Below, piece after piece: positions 50,552 through 62,771 of a stretch of DNA of 64,000 bases. How positions within the stretch are numbered: the first letter of the stretch is position 1; the number at the start of each line of letters is the position of its first letter. Source of the stretch: Balanoglossus misakiensis (taxonomy: Eukaryota > Animalia > Hemichordata); contig CM082588.2 of the NCBI GenBank assembly GCA_040954595.2, forward strand, positions 12,413,398 through 12,477,397, written 5' to 3'. The notes beneath the pieces were generated by a model that had not been told where the DNA came from, searched no databases, and was given only the letters and a program-made list of their open reading frames with translations. The translations under genes and the position numbers were made by a program.

Positions 50552-50768
50552 ACATGACATGTGCTGATTGCGGCGTAGGTAACTACTGTCCAGATGGGTC
50601 AGACAGCCCCATTCCTTGTCCATCAAGTTATTATGCTGACACAGCCACAGAAGTATCCTGTACCCCTTGCGATCCAGGCTGTCAGTGTGCAGCAACATCA
50701 CCCACTTGCCTGCACATCAAGAACCTACTCTCTGGGACCATCAACAACATGTACTCCCCTTCTACCAG
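50552..50768 (+). pseudogene. Cys-rich exon, frameshifted
   Basis: tacag|; CADCGVGNYCPDGS..CPSSYY..CTPCDPGCQC; donor region locally duplicated at 50760-50856. Confidence 0.7.
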
Positions 50769-51817
50769 GTTTGTAGTCATCTTAGTCGTAAAAACATATT
50801 TAAGGTGTTCTACCAGGTTTGTAGTCGTCTTAGTCGTAAAAACATATTTAAGGTGTTGCGCATCTCGAAATAAAGGGTCGTCTGATCATGTTTAAATTAA
50901 TACTGATGATACTATGACTTCTAAACATTTAATCTATGGAATAAAAATTGGGGGTCAACCATCTAGAGTTTTGAAAAAGCGCCCTTTATCTAGCACCTCT
51001 TTCAGATTTTGCCAGGCTCGTAGATTTTTGTAAAATGGCCTCAAAAATAAGAATTTTGGGAGGTTTGTCATATTTTTTCACCATTGTAGAATCTAAATGT
51101 TCTGAATTATTTTATTTTTAGCAATTTTGAGATTGATTCATGTTCAGTATGATAATCGCATGTCAATACAACTGTTACATTAAAGGAAAAGTTCAAATCC
51201 GCCTAAAACCACATTGCATCGGTACCTAGTTAAGTTGTCCTCACTTCTGACGCAAAATTTTGATGTGCAATGCACGTGTCTGTGAAATTGACGAATAAAA
51301 AAATTGTATACCAGTGCAAAATTAAAAACTCCCTGTGCAGCCATCTTGGCAACTGCATACTGGGAAAAGTACTCGGATGATGACGAAAAAGTTTCGGGGT
51401 TCCGTGTAGTGCTAGCCCGGAATACAATGTTGGGTGCAGACTACAACTATGGAAAAGAGATACAGAATGTCATGTGATATAGTAGTGAAAACAATTATTA
51501 TACATCTAGTGCCGAGAACAATAGATTTTGGCGTGCAATAAAAAGCCGTACGGAACGGTACGTACGGAACGCGTGTTAAATATGCCTTAGTTTCAAGGCG
51601 CCCCAAACTCACCGTGTACAGGTATGCGTTGTTTTGCGGAAGGTTTCAAGACACCCCCGTTCCAACGCACGTGCGCACACGTAAACAAAAAAGAAAGATG
51701 GCTGCTCACTGAGTCAACAGAGCGATTTTCGATCGATTGTATCGGCATTTTGGGCGTTTTGAAAGCCAAGTAACATGCAAAACAAGAACTAACGGAGATA
51801 TAAGATGTATAATAATA

Positions 51818-51946
51818 AGGTTATTACGAAAATACCGCAAAGTATGCACTCGGACATTAGCGCAGCGCATCGCCCTCCGCTGCACGTCGGGCGATACTCA
51901 GCGCTAATGTCCTCGTGCATACTTTGCGGTATTTTCGTAATAACCT
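51818..51946. repeat. ~130-bp near-perfect palindrome, probably the end of a small element
   Basis: AGGTTATTACGAAAATACCGCAAAGTATGCAC / GTGCATACTTTGCGGTATTTTCGTAATAACCT. Confidence 0.85.
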
Positions 51947-52142
51947 CATAATACACGTTGGTTCACGTATTTCAGTGGGTGGATTTTCATGTGTGCGCTA
52001 TGGCCGCCAGGCAACCCTCGGTACGGTCAGCTCACAGCCTTGTGAAATACCTGGACTGTTAGACAAAAGATGCTTGTTTTGGACGCTGTCAGACTCAGAG
52101 GTGCCAAATTGATAATTGATACTTTCATTTTTGTTTTGGCAG

Positions 52143-52262
52143 CCATTGATCAGTTATACTCTATGCCTTGTCAAAATGGTGGCACATGCGTTACGCGAGA
52201 CGGCTGTTTCCTGTTTGACTGTATGTGTACCGAATGCTTCACTGGTGCCACATGTACAATGC
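52143..52262 (+). pseudogene. EGF-like exon (phase 1-1, first Cys lost)
   Basis: gcag|..|gtaag; PCQNGGTC..GC..DCMCTECFTGATC. Confidence 0.75.
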
Positions 52263-52557
52263 GTAAGTACAAACCAATATTATTTTATTCAATGCAAAAC
52301 ACTTGTTATGTATTATATAATATAAGTACGGTACACATATTAAAGCCCTGGTAACTCAAACTTTGGGCTAGCTTAATGTTATCACTATTTTTGTTTTCGG
52401 TTGCAACTGTGGTTTCTTGTCACACTCTAAAGGATTTCACAGCATTTGGTTTTTCAAAACAGCCCTTTGGTTGTTTTCATGTATACATGTACATGACTGT
52501 GGAGTGTAGTTTGTAGATTCTGTAATTTTGACAATATCTTGACTGCACATCTCACAG

Positions 52558-52680
52558 CTGTCAACCAGTGTCAACCCATCCAGTGTCGGAATGGTGGAAA
52601 CTGTGTGCTGACGCCCAATTGGTGTACTGAATTCACATGCTCCTGTACAAGCTGTTACTCCGGCGATTTATGTCAGACAT
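52558..52680 (+). pseudogene. 8-Cys EGF-like exon, open frame (not in the ORF track)
   Basis: acag|..|gtgagt, 123 nt; VNQCQPIQCRNGGNCVLTPNWCTEFTCSCTSCYSGDLCQT. Confidence 0.8.
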
Positions 52681-53051
52681 GTGAGTGATTTTAAATTTCA
52701 GATGAAGAGGAACATAAACACATAATCGGCTTGGTTTCTTCCAACCTGTATCAAACAGTGAATAACGACACAATTTTGGGGAAATTTATTAAGAATGTGT
52801 GTGCCATAAAAAGGGATTGTGTATTTGACCAAACAATAACCTGCACCGTATGGTACACTAAGACACTATTACACCTGTGTCAAAATTTCATTACGTTTCT
52901 TTTGTTGAACATGGAAGAAATTTGTCACAGTGATGTTCTGTTGACCAACTGAGATTTTTACCACTCAACCCTGACTGCACAAATCTGTTTAAAGTATATG
53001 TAGTAAATATTAACTGTACACAATTTATATCACTTTCTCTTCTGTGCACAG

Positions 53052-53168
53052 ATTTGAATCCGTGTCAGCCCAACCCTTGTCTAAACAGTGGATTCTGCCA
53101 GCAAGTGTCCTGCACCGAGTTCAGATGCCAGAGTCCGCGCTGTTTCATCGGAACCACGTGCACTGAAC
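53052..53168 (+). pseudogene. EGF-like exon
   Basis: acag|..|gtaag; NPCQPNPCLNSGFCQQVSCTEFRCQSPRCFIGTTC. Confidence 0.8.
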
Positions 53169-53534
53169 GTAAGCAAACCAGTGTCAGATTTCCCGCACAA
53201 AGTAGAAATCGCTGGGCTTTGTCATTGATATTGTCTCAATAAAGTTGCCTGTGATTGTGCAGCTAACCAAGAGACTTATATGCACTACCGTAGCCATGAT
53301 GAATATTTTCATTGACTCAAATGCTCATCAGTGTAGATGTTGCTATTTTTCCAACCGTAAATTGAAACATCAGAAAGTGATGACACCAAGCTTGGATCAA
53401 GTGGTCTTCATTATCCGTCACACATGAACATGATCACATGGATGTGCAATCTTCTGACAGTCTGCTACAGATTTCACTTCCCACTCAAGTGTGTAAGACC
53501 CTAATGTGATACTTTTCATTTCTCTCACCCTTAG

Positions 53535-53657
53535 CGATCAACCAGTGTCTTCTAAACCCATGTCTGAATAACGGAGTATATCAGCCACTTCAAGGCTCCT
53601 GCTCAATCTACACCTGCAACTGTCCAACCTGCTACACTGGGCAAACATGTGTTACAT
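53535..53657 (+). pseudogene. EGF-like exon
   Basis: ttag|..|gtaag; NQCLLNPCLNNGVYQPLQGSCSIYTCNCPTCYTGQTC. Confidence 0.8.
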
Positions 53658-53671
53658 GTAAGTCACAAGTT

Positions 53672-54770
53672 TTTATGTCCCATTGGTATATACCATGGGA
53701 CCTTATGGGATTGGTTACGTCTGTATGTATGGATGGATGGATGGATGGATGGATGTCTGTATGTCCGTCCACATCAAAAACTTGAAAACCGCAGCGCGTA
53801 TGACCTCGATATTTGGTGTGTAGATGCAGGCAGGGCTGTAGATGGGAGTTTGTTCAAATGAAGATGTCATTGCCAAAAATATGCAAATTAGCTGGGAAAA
53901 TGTGAAATTTGTCAAAACTCAAAAACTGGACAACCACTGGTCATATTGATTTGAAAATTGGTATGCATATACCTTATATCTACCTCATACAATCCTGTAT
54001 GTTTTGAGCTAATATTATCGATTTCCTATTTTTTATGCATTTTTTTGTATTTTTCCATGTTATTGGTAAAAAGTCTTTGAAATTTAGTATGAAGCTTCCT
54101 AATGGTTGTCTAAGTAATCATAGTTTTGTTCAAATTGTTGCAAAATTTGCATATCTATAATGTTGAGCAATATTTGCCATTTTTGGTCAAAAAATGTTTT
54201 TCTTTAAAACCTCATGCCAGATTGCTTTGCAATTTGGTAGGCATGTTCGTAGGGGTAACCTAAATAATATGTTGTAAAAAAATGTGATATTTGCATAAAT
54301 GTGTTATCGGGGAAACTTTTACAATTTTTGTCAAAAATTGTTTTCTCTGAAACAGCTTGTCCTATTGCATTGAACTTAGGCAGCATTTTCCTTGTAGTGA
54401 TTGAAGTAAGATATTATACAATTTTGGTGATATTTGCATATTTGGTTTTTGCCACTTTTGAACAAATATTTTCTGTGAAACTGCTTGTTGGATTGCTTTG
54501 AAATTAGATTTTTCTCTGATTGCTTTGAAATTTAGGATATAATTTCATAATACATACCTGTATATGTGCAACTTTTATTCAATTCTGAGATCAGAAAGAT
54601 TAAATATTAAGCAAGTTTTTTGGTAAGTTTCTTTGTTTTTGGTTAGCAAATCTTCTCCTAAACAAATTGTCCAGTTGTTTTTAAAGTTACTATTTACAAG
54701 GAGTTGTTACCTCGAACAAAGACATGTTTACATAACTTAAATAGGCCAGCTGTTACAGAGACCACCAGCT
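53672..54770 (+). mobile_element. HINE-like element related to the 5' part of 8245
   Basis: GTCCCATTGGTATATACCATGGGAC hairpin plus (TGGA)n. Confidence 0.55.
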
Positions 54771-55598
54771 ATCAAATTTTAATTCCCAGTGGCAGGTCAG
54801 TGTGTGTCTGTTCCAGGGCTGACTGAAAGAAGTTGCTTCACATATGTGTTTGTACAGACAATTTTTGGTTAATTTTTTTTTCTAGCACCACTTGTAAGAC
54901 TGCCATGACACATGACAGTTTATTGGGCATGTTCCTTGTTAATGTTTTTACATTCCATATTTCTATATGGTCAGATCATATCTGCTTGCAAATGTCACCT
55001 GTAATTTTTATTCTGGTGTGTCACTGTTTCCGCATAATCCTCAAATGTCATCAGATCTCCGAATGTGATGAAAACAGTGTGTTTTGAGTGTTTTTTTAAA
55101 TGACCTTTTGGGTTAAAAGTGGCAAAAATGGCAATTTTGTCTTGAAAGGGGTCAATAAGACTGACTTTTTTGGAATCAGCACCATTTTTTACATTGAATG
55201 GACTAGTCTGCTCAAACTTTCCTTACCAAAAATTCTGTTTAATCTTCTGTAACATGTATACTAGTATACATGTAGCTGCCTGATAGTTTGTCCTGTGTGT
55301 GTAATTGCTGAGTGACATAACACATTCTGTGATTGGTGCAGTCACGTAATCACCAATCAGATCGCTTGTTATAAGGAGAACTGCACGACCTTTAACCGCA
55401 TTAGCATACCTGATTTTAGGGCTCGATATTACCTCTGAGGACGCAATATTTAAGTTGAAGTTTTTTTCTTTTATCATATTAGAGCAAGAAGACTTGTTTT
55501 TTATGTAAAAGAAATAGACCCTAATATACAGAGTGCATTTTGAAACGATAGGCAGGTCTGGCCCATAGCCTTATTCTTCATTTTTCTGTCATGCGTAC

Positions 55599-55715
55599 GA
55601 ATTGATCAGTGCTAACAACCCATGTCAAAATGGCAGCACTTGCCAACCCTAACCTCGTGTGTGGCATTGACGTGTACCTGCCAAGGATGCTATACTGGGG
55701 AGCGCTGTGAAAATT
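55599..55715 (+). pseudogene. EGF-like exon copy 3, acceptor mutated AG>AC
   Basis: Paralog of 10970-11086. Confidence 0.65.
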
Positions 55716-56219
55716 GTCAGTCAGTTTCTTTTGTCAAATTAATCAATATGTGTGGGACTGCTATACATGTATATAAAACAGAATACTGCGATGGAAAATT
55801 CTATAACTTAATGTTTCAGTGGATATATGACTTAAAGTTAGCAGGATGCAGTAAATTCAACAGACAGTGTAATTTCCTCTTGTGTGAGCTCTGTGCGACT
55901 GTGCCAATGAAAATCTCACCACAAACAAAAATGACAGGTATACACTGTATATTAGCAGCTTTGTCTCTGTAATAGCCATAGTGTTTTGAAGTTGAAAACT
56001 TGCAAAGTGTGCAGTTTTATTCACACTACAAAGGAAACATTGTTGAAACGGATTATCTGTGTACATTGTCAAACTGTACACTTGTCGTGAGATTTATTCT
56101 CAATTATATTATATCATGCTACAGTCCGCAATTCTGATTGGACGAGAGCTCAATTCAGCGATGCTAAAATACTCAATAATGCACTGCTGGCAGTGGTAAA
56201 ACGGGCTTTCTGTTTGCCA

Positions 56220-57402
56220 CCTGGGTTTGTTCTTTAGGTTGTTGTATGTGTTTACACTCATCATGTTTATTGTAGAACCAGGGTCGATCAGTGAGGCAAC
56301 TGCTGTTTGTTCTATCTGCACTGTTACTCGAGGCCTCCTGCCATTTGATTGTTGTACAGTGAAGCAGTATTCATCTCCCGAGCTGTCTTCCACTGTATGC
56401 ACAGCTTTGACAGTTTCATCCTTGTCTACCCTATTTGCCTTGCCTTTTGATCGGCAGCATTTGGCAAAATGGTTATGTTTGCCACACTTCCTGCATGACT
56501 TGCCTTTAGCTGGACATACTGAGTCATGTGGATAGGTGCCACCACAATAATAACAAGTGGACGGTCCTTTCGCTGGCTGCTGATGAGCTCTCTTTTGTTT
56601 ATTTGGTTTCGGGCGTTGATGGCGCTGTTTTCTGACCGCATTCACAGATGCCGTATCTGCACCATTATTTTGGGTTTTCTCCTCAATCCCACTAGCCTGA
56701 ACCTCTGATACCTCAAATGAACGGGCTGTACTCAGTAGATTCTCTAGTGTCGTCTCCTCCCGAAGAGCACAACGTCTGAGACGGGCTGATGTGAATCCTC
56801 GTATGATTTGTGATTTGACCTCTTGATCCTTATTGGTGAAGTCACATATGTTTCTGCTAGGCGTTGCAAACAAGTGTGATAGGCATCAATCGATTCGCCG
56901 TTGTTTTGTATGGTGTCTCTGAAGATGAATCGTTCGTATTCAATGTTCCGTTTGGGTGAGAAGTACGACGTAAGCTTTAATTTGGCTGTTTCACAGCTCG
57001 TTCCTGTATATGGTAGAGTATCAAAGAAGTCGGAAACTTCCTCACCTGCCCAGTGCAATAGCAGTGCACGTTGTCGCTTGTCATCTGTAATGTTGAATGC
57101 GACAAATGCGTTTTCTACTCTAGCCATGTACTTTTTCCATCTCGTACTGGTGGTTATTGGGTCTGAATAAACAGGAAAACTCGGCATTGACGGCTAGCTG
57201 ATTCTCCATGTTCTCCGTCCTCGTCGCCAAATATAGAATCGTGGGTGGGCAATAATGACAACACGAGACACCAAGACCGGCATGTAAGAGTGAGAGTGCC
57301 TAGCCTCGTTCACGCACTTTATTCATAATGACCCGAATGTTGCATTACGTCATTTTACAGAATGTATAAAGTATAGATGCTCACTAGTGTTTGGACACTA
57401 CA
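56220..57402 (-). mobile_element. Gypsy LTR/gag remnant, copy 3
   Basis: PBS at 57229-57218; same truncation point as copies 1 and 2. Confidence 0.85.
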
Positions 57403-57603
57403 ATATACATGTGACTGCAGTGTCTTTCCAATCATGAATTTGCAAGGTGTCCTTCGGAGAAAATCTTCTGATTCTCTTTTCTGATTTGCTTTGCATATAT
57501 AACTTAATGATCTCATTTGTTGGAATTCCCTGTCTCAAATTTTTGATGATCAGTCTCTGCCCCATTGCTCATCGTCCCAACTTTCTTGTGTATTGAAAAC
57601 CAG

Positions 57604-57726
57604 GAATCAACCAATGCGATCCCAATCCGTGCTTGAACAGTGGTTTCTGCCAGATGACATCTGGATCATGTGAACTGTACACATGTTTCTGTCAGAATTC
57701 TTACACTGGTGACCTTTGTGAACAAA
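57604..57726 (+). pseudogene. EGF-like exon copy 3, in frame
   Basis: cag|..|gtaag, 123 nt; INQCDPNPCLNSGFCQMTSGSCELYTCFCQNSYTGDLC. Confidence 0.8.
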
Positions 57727-60426
57727 GTAAGTTTTGATTTTTTGTCTTGGGTTAATAATTTATACAGTTCAAAGTATCACCATTTCTTTCAATATGTAGA
57801 TTTATTTGTTTTTCTCTACAAGTGTAATCATCTGCATGAAAATTTGTGTCGCTGTCACCAAACCCAGCTAGTCCATACAACCAACAGTATGAATCACCAC
57901 CTCATGCTCGGCGTAGCCATAGGCTATACATGCCTGCCGGTATCGAAGGCCATTATGAGTATTGGTACCAGACCCCTCTTGAGAATGAATCATGGTTCCA
58001 CCCTTATGGTAAAAAGTAAGATTAATCCATGCTAATAAATGACAATATTAGAATAAAAGTACATTCCAAGTGACTTGTTGGGAGCATCGGGCCACTTAAT
58101 CCCGAAAAATTGCAATCGGCCTGATTTTCAGTTAATCAATCTAAAGCCCAACTTTTCGTGTATTTAGTTGGGTTTCTAAAACTAACACATTTTTGACAAT
58201 ATTTATGGCATGATGAACACTACTCTCATCAAATAAAATAATGTTGTGTCGTCCACAACTGGTGTAATTTTTATGTGTTTGGAATCGTAGACACCATTTA
58301 TCTTTTAGTCAACTCTAAATCTAATATAACAGTCGCGAAAATTGCTATGACAAACAAAAAATGAAGTGCTAACAGGGGACACCCTTGTCAGATCTCTTTG
58401 GATGGATAACATTTAGAGAAGACATTGCCATTTTTCAAACATTTAGTATGTGATTATACATAGTTTTAAACCTAACGCTGCCAAGTCAGTTTGATATCCA
58501 GGGTGCCTAGAATCATGGCTCCCAGGCCTGTTAGGCTGCCAAGGGCGTGTTACGCAGTAGGGCCTATACAAGACCCTCAAACCAAACCAGAGCAAACCAG
58601 TACGTTTTAAGGGGGGCTTAGACTGCCAAGTGTGTCTAACATATGAGAGCCATGGCAAGACAGTCAAAATACGTTTAGGAAGAAAAAATGGCAAATACTT
58701 ATTTTAAGGGACTTGACACTCTAAACAGGTATGACACCTAGTAGCATTAGGGTTAAAATATAGCTGCAAGCCAAAATGGTCATCTGAGGTCACCCGAAAT
58801 TTGGGCAAAATTTTTTGACCCCATACTGGTCCAGGTCCATCAGAAACCAAACCTTCAGCCCTATTGGTTTGCCTGGAATTAGGTATGCACATAATTAATG
58901 AGTTAAGCAGTTGTACAGGTGACCTCAAAATTCGGCTTCTCATTTTAGTCCCATCTCGAAATGCTAAGGCTGTACCTGCTCTGGAGGCCGAGATATGAGA
59001 AAGTAGATCACCTGAGGTCACCCAAAATTTTATGGAAAAAATTGGACACCACACTTGTCCATGTCCAACAGAAACAAAACCTCTATATGAAGTCTGTCGG
59101 TCTAATAGTTACGTACCTATGAGCATTTATGTTATATATAGTTCAAATGTCACCGAGGTCACGTGACATTGCGGCGAAATGATTTGGTCCAATAGTTGTA
59201 CCTGTCCACCAAAAATCAGCTCCCTAGGTGTATTAGTTAGCGTAGAAGTAGATATGTGTTTTTCAAGGTGGGTCAAAGGTCAAGGGGTCACCCGAAATTT
59301 GGCTTCTCATTTCGGCCCCTTGGTCAGTCCCTGTTCACTCCATAAATGGAGACGTGTTCTGCGCAACCGCAGTACATGTAACCTCGTGAACTCAGATGTG
59401 CACATGCGTACAGCAGTCCCTGTTCACACCATAAATGGAGACGTGTTCTGCGCAACCACAGCTGGACCTGTGAAAGATCAAATCCGATCGACATATTTAG
59501 TTTCCGTATATTATATTGACCAATGCAGACTAAATCTAATAGAATTACTACATGTAGTATATCGTGTATAATACACACGTTTGGCAATATTGCAGTTTGA
59601 GTGTTAGATGCAGACGTGTATACCCGATCTAAATTTCCGACCTACACATGTACATGTATCACTGTTCACATGTACATACACCTTAACTGCGTTCTGAAAA
59701 TGACCTGGTATTTTCAAAATGTTACCCCAGATTACCCCATCATGTGATAGCCATGAAACTCACACCCATTCTCCAGCAGTAGTTAGTTGACTATCCTATT
59801 CACTCAAAACAAAATGAACGGGTGTGAAAAAGTCACTAAAACAGCATTGATACAGAGGTGTATAACACTGTCCATGATTTCAAGAGAAAAACATGAACGC
59901 AGCCCAGGCAGATCGGTCACTGTATGTGGCGATATCTTTCTAAGTATTTCACTCAACTTGTACAGACGATGCCATGCTGTCTTCTGGAATGTGCTGGTAA
60001 CGTCACATATCGAAACATATTGATGATGCCCTTCCCTGCGGCTCGGGCATCATCAATATTATTAAGGTCAAAGATCACCATCCCTTGTGCAGGCAAAAGA
60101 TCATGATATTGCCCTCGCTAACATGTGTTATTATTTAAATACGATGTTGTCATAGCTTTACTATGCAGGTATAGTAAAACCTATGCCTTGGTCCAGACCC
60201 CCCATGGTCAATGAAAAAATATGAAATATAATGATCAAAAATCTTCTCAAAATCGGCATACCCTAATTTGAAAATTTCGCCCTTATATGGTCATCAGGTC
60301 ACTTGACTAATTTAACATTCACGGATGTGCTGCACCAGATCTCATTGGCCTGCATCATTGTGCCAAATTTGAGAATTGTAGGTTTAGCCGTTTTCAAGAT
60401 CCTAGTGGCCGATGAAAGTGCCAAAG

Positions 60427-60590
60427 AAGAAGAAAAATGCCAGCAATACCAATAGGGGCCCCGCCCATAGGGGCTTGGGCCCCTATAACCCCCAGTAATA
60501 ACAATAGGGGCCCCGCCCATAGGGGCTTGGGCCCCTAAAAACGCCAGTAATACCAATAGGTGCCCCGCCCATAGGGGCTTGGGCCCCTAA
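60427..60590 (-). repeat. Three tandem HINE 5'-end hairpin modules
   Basis: AATAGGGGCCCCGCCCATAGGGGCTTGGGCCCCTA x3. Confidence 0.75.
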
Positions 60591-61073
60591 TAAGTTAGTT
60601 GTAAAGTTATTACTGAGCTTGAATTTCACTAGCGACTAAAAGTAAACAAAAAATGATGGTCAAAGTATCACAAGCTTTATTTTGGTTTGATGTAGGATGT
60701 AATATGCTTATAGCACACTGCCAAATTAAGGTCAACCAATAAGACCGGTAGGATATGATCGAAAACCACACGTATTAATGTGTAAAAGGCCGAACTTCCC
60801 AATAAATTTGGGTAGCCGACTACAGACAGAGTCGAACCGATGCATGATCTGAAGTATCAAGACACATGGACTATTATTTATTGTTTCAGCAATTTGACTT
60901 TAGTTTATAATTTCCTGTGGCAGTTTTTGCCGACAAGAATCAATGCCCGACCAAACAAAATGGACATTTTCACATGATCGTTACTGAGGTCACAAGTTAG
61001 CCAAGCCCTCATACATGCGCTATTCGGACGTATCGGTGATCTGTTTATGTGTTTAGCTAAGGTGGTAAACTGT

Positions 61074-61950
61074 TCATCAATCAATCAATCAATCAAAAGG
61101 ACTTATAGAGCACCAAACTCCACTGCAATAGTGTTCAATAGCGCTTTACAATGTAAAGTTATGTTAATAGGCTCTATTAAACAGATAAGTCTTGATGTGT
61201 TTCTTGAAACTGTCAAGGCTAGGTGACTGGCATACTTCTATTGGGACACTGTTCCAAATGAGTGGGGCGATATACGAAAAAGCATGATCGCCGTACGTTT
61301 TCTTCTTACTCCATGGTACATGAAGTAGAAATTTGTCATTTGAACGAAGAAGTCTTGTTGAAGTTTTCAGATGGATTAAGTCAGAGATGTAAGCCGGTGC
61401 TGTGTTGTTTAATGCCTTATATGTCATAAGCAAGATCTTGTATTGGATTCTATAGTGTACAGGCAACCAATGTAAATCCATGAGAACAGGAGTAATATGA
61501 TCCGTTTTACGGGTACGAGAAACGATCCTGGCTGCAGAATTCAGGGCATGCTGTAGCATGCATGATGATGGTAAACCACAGAGTAGTGCATTACAGTAGT
61601 CCAGTTTTGATGTGATTAGAGCATGAACCAGCATCTGGCAAACTTCCTTAGTGAGGTAACGGCGAATGTGGCTGATTTGACGCAGATGGAAGAAAATTGA
61701 CTTGCAAATTGCATTAATGTGCTTATTGAAAGTGTAATTGTCGTCGAATGTCACACCTATATTCCGTGCAGAATTCACAATTTGAACACAACATGATCCA
61801 ATGCTCATGTGGTTTATGGAACGAGGCGAGCGGTTGAGCTGAGACCTTATCAGGAGTACCTCGGTTTTGCCACCATTGAGTTGAAGTTTATTATGTGTCA
61901 TCCAGGTTTTTATTTCGTGAACTGCCCTTTCCAGTTAAATATCGCAACTA
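61074..61950 (-). mobile_element. 5'-truncated L2/CR1-group LINE
   Basis: NKLQLN..KTE, RNIGVTFD, SKLDYCN, LHWLP, APLIWN, KTYLF; short 3' UTR and (TTGA)n tail. Confidence 0.9.
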
Positions 61951-62347
61951 GCCATAATGTTTGACTGGGGGGAGCACCTATACTAATGCGAGAACCAGGG
62001 ATTGAAAGTTGCACCTGTGTTTTGATCCCTTAGTTACCCTTATAAGTACATTTGTAGTTTAATAACCATAGTTCTATTGCAAACCATTCTTTCCGTAGTT
62101 TCTTGTTTCAAATATTGTTATCTGAATTTATTTTGGTGTTTAACATGTGTGATTATCTGTATTGGCGGCCATTTTAAAAAAAATTGGTTGCCATGGAAAC
62201 TCTTCAACAGATATTTAGTGACTCGCTATCTGAATTTGTTCAGTACACATTAACACACATCTGAGCCAAGTTTGGTGCTTTTATCACAAAATACACAATC
62301 GATATGAAAATTTGGGTTTTGGTGCTCCACTACATAAGTAACATTAA

Positions 62348-62754
62348 GGATGTACGTTCAGTAAAATTGAAAGTATTGTCATTTTTTTTAATTGTGGATT
62401 TTTTTATTCTCCTTTGTATGTATAATGAAAATCCATAATAAAATATAGGGGTCACCGGGCTTGTTTTTGAAATACAGAGCCATGAATTTGGTCGATAATA
62501 GAAGAAATCTGCTGACTCAGCATTTTTCACCAATGGTTTGTCTATGGGCAAAATTCTTAACGCAATTTATCTCAAAAAAGAGCGCGGTGACCCCTATATT
62601 TTATTTGACCAATGAATTTGCTGGACTGAGCTATGTGTAAAATTTCGTGAAAATGACAATAGTAGAAGTTTGTTTTCTGGCGATTATCAATGTAATCCTA
62701 TGGGAAAAAGACCGGGTGCGCAGTGTTTCCAGTTTATGTTCTGCGCGTACATCC
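62348..62754. mobile_element. Kolobok-like short element, candidate KolobokP solo LTDR
   Basis: TTAA|GGATGTACG ... CGTACATCC|TTGA; internal inverted repeat ATAGGGGTCACC / GGTGACCCCTAT. Confidence 0.6.
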
Positions 62755-62771
62755 TTGATGAAGTTTGCTGG

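Larger units (their letters stand above)
54770..60015 (+). repeat. Older third paralog of the duplicated unit, lacking Ngaro-1
   Basis: Matches ~10246-13230, then jumps at ~57856 to sequence matching ~39452 onward; visibly more substitutions. Confidence 0.9.

Noticed and set aside
50851-51233. Additional Kolobok MITE
   Set aside because: TTAA-GG start is suggestive, but no convincing matching right TIR
57841-57860. Clean empty site for Ngaro-1
   Set aside because: Flanking host sequence is also missing, so this is a larger deletion
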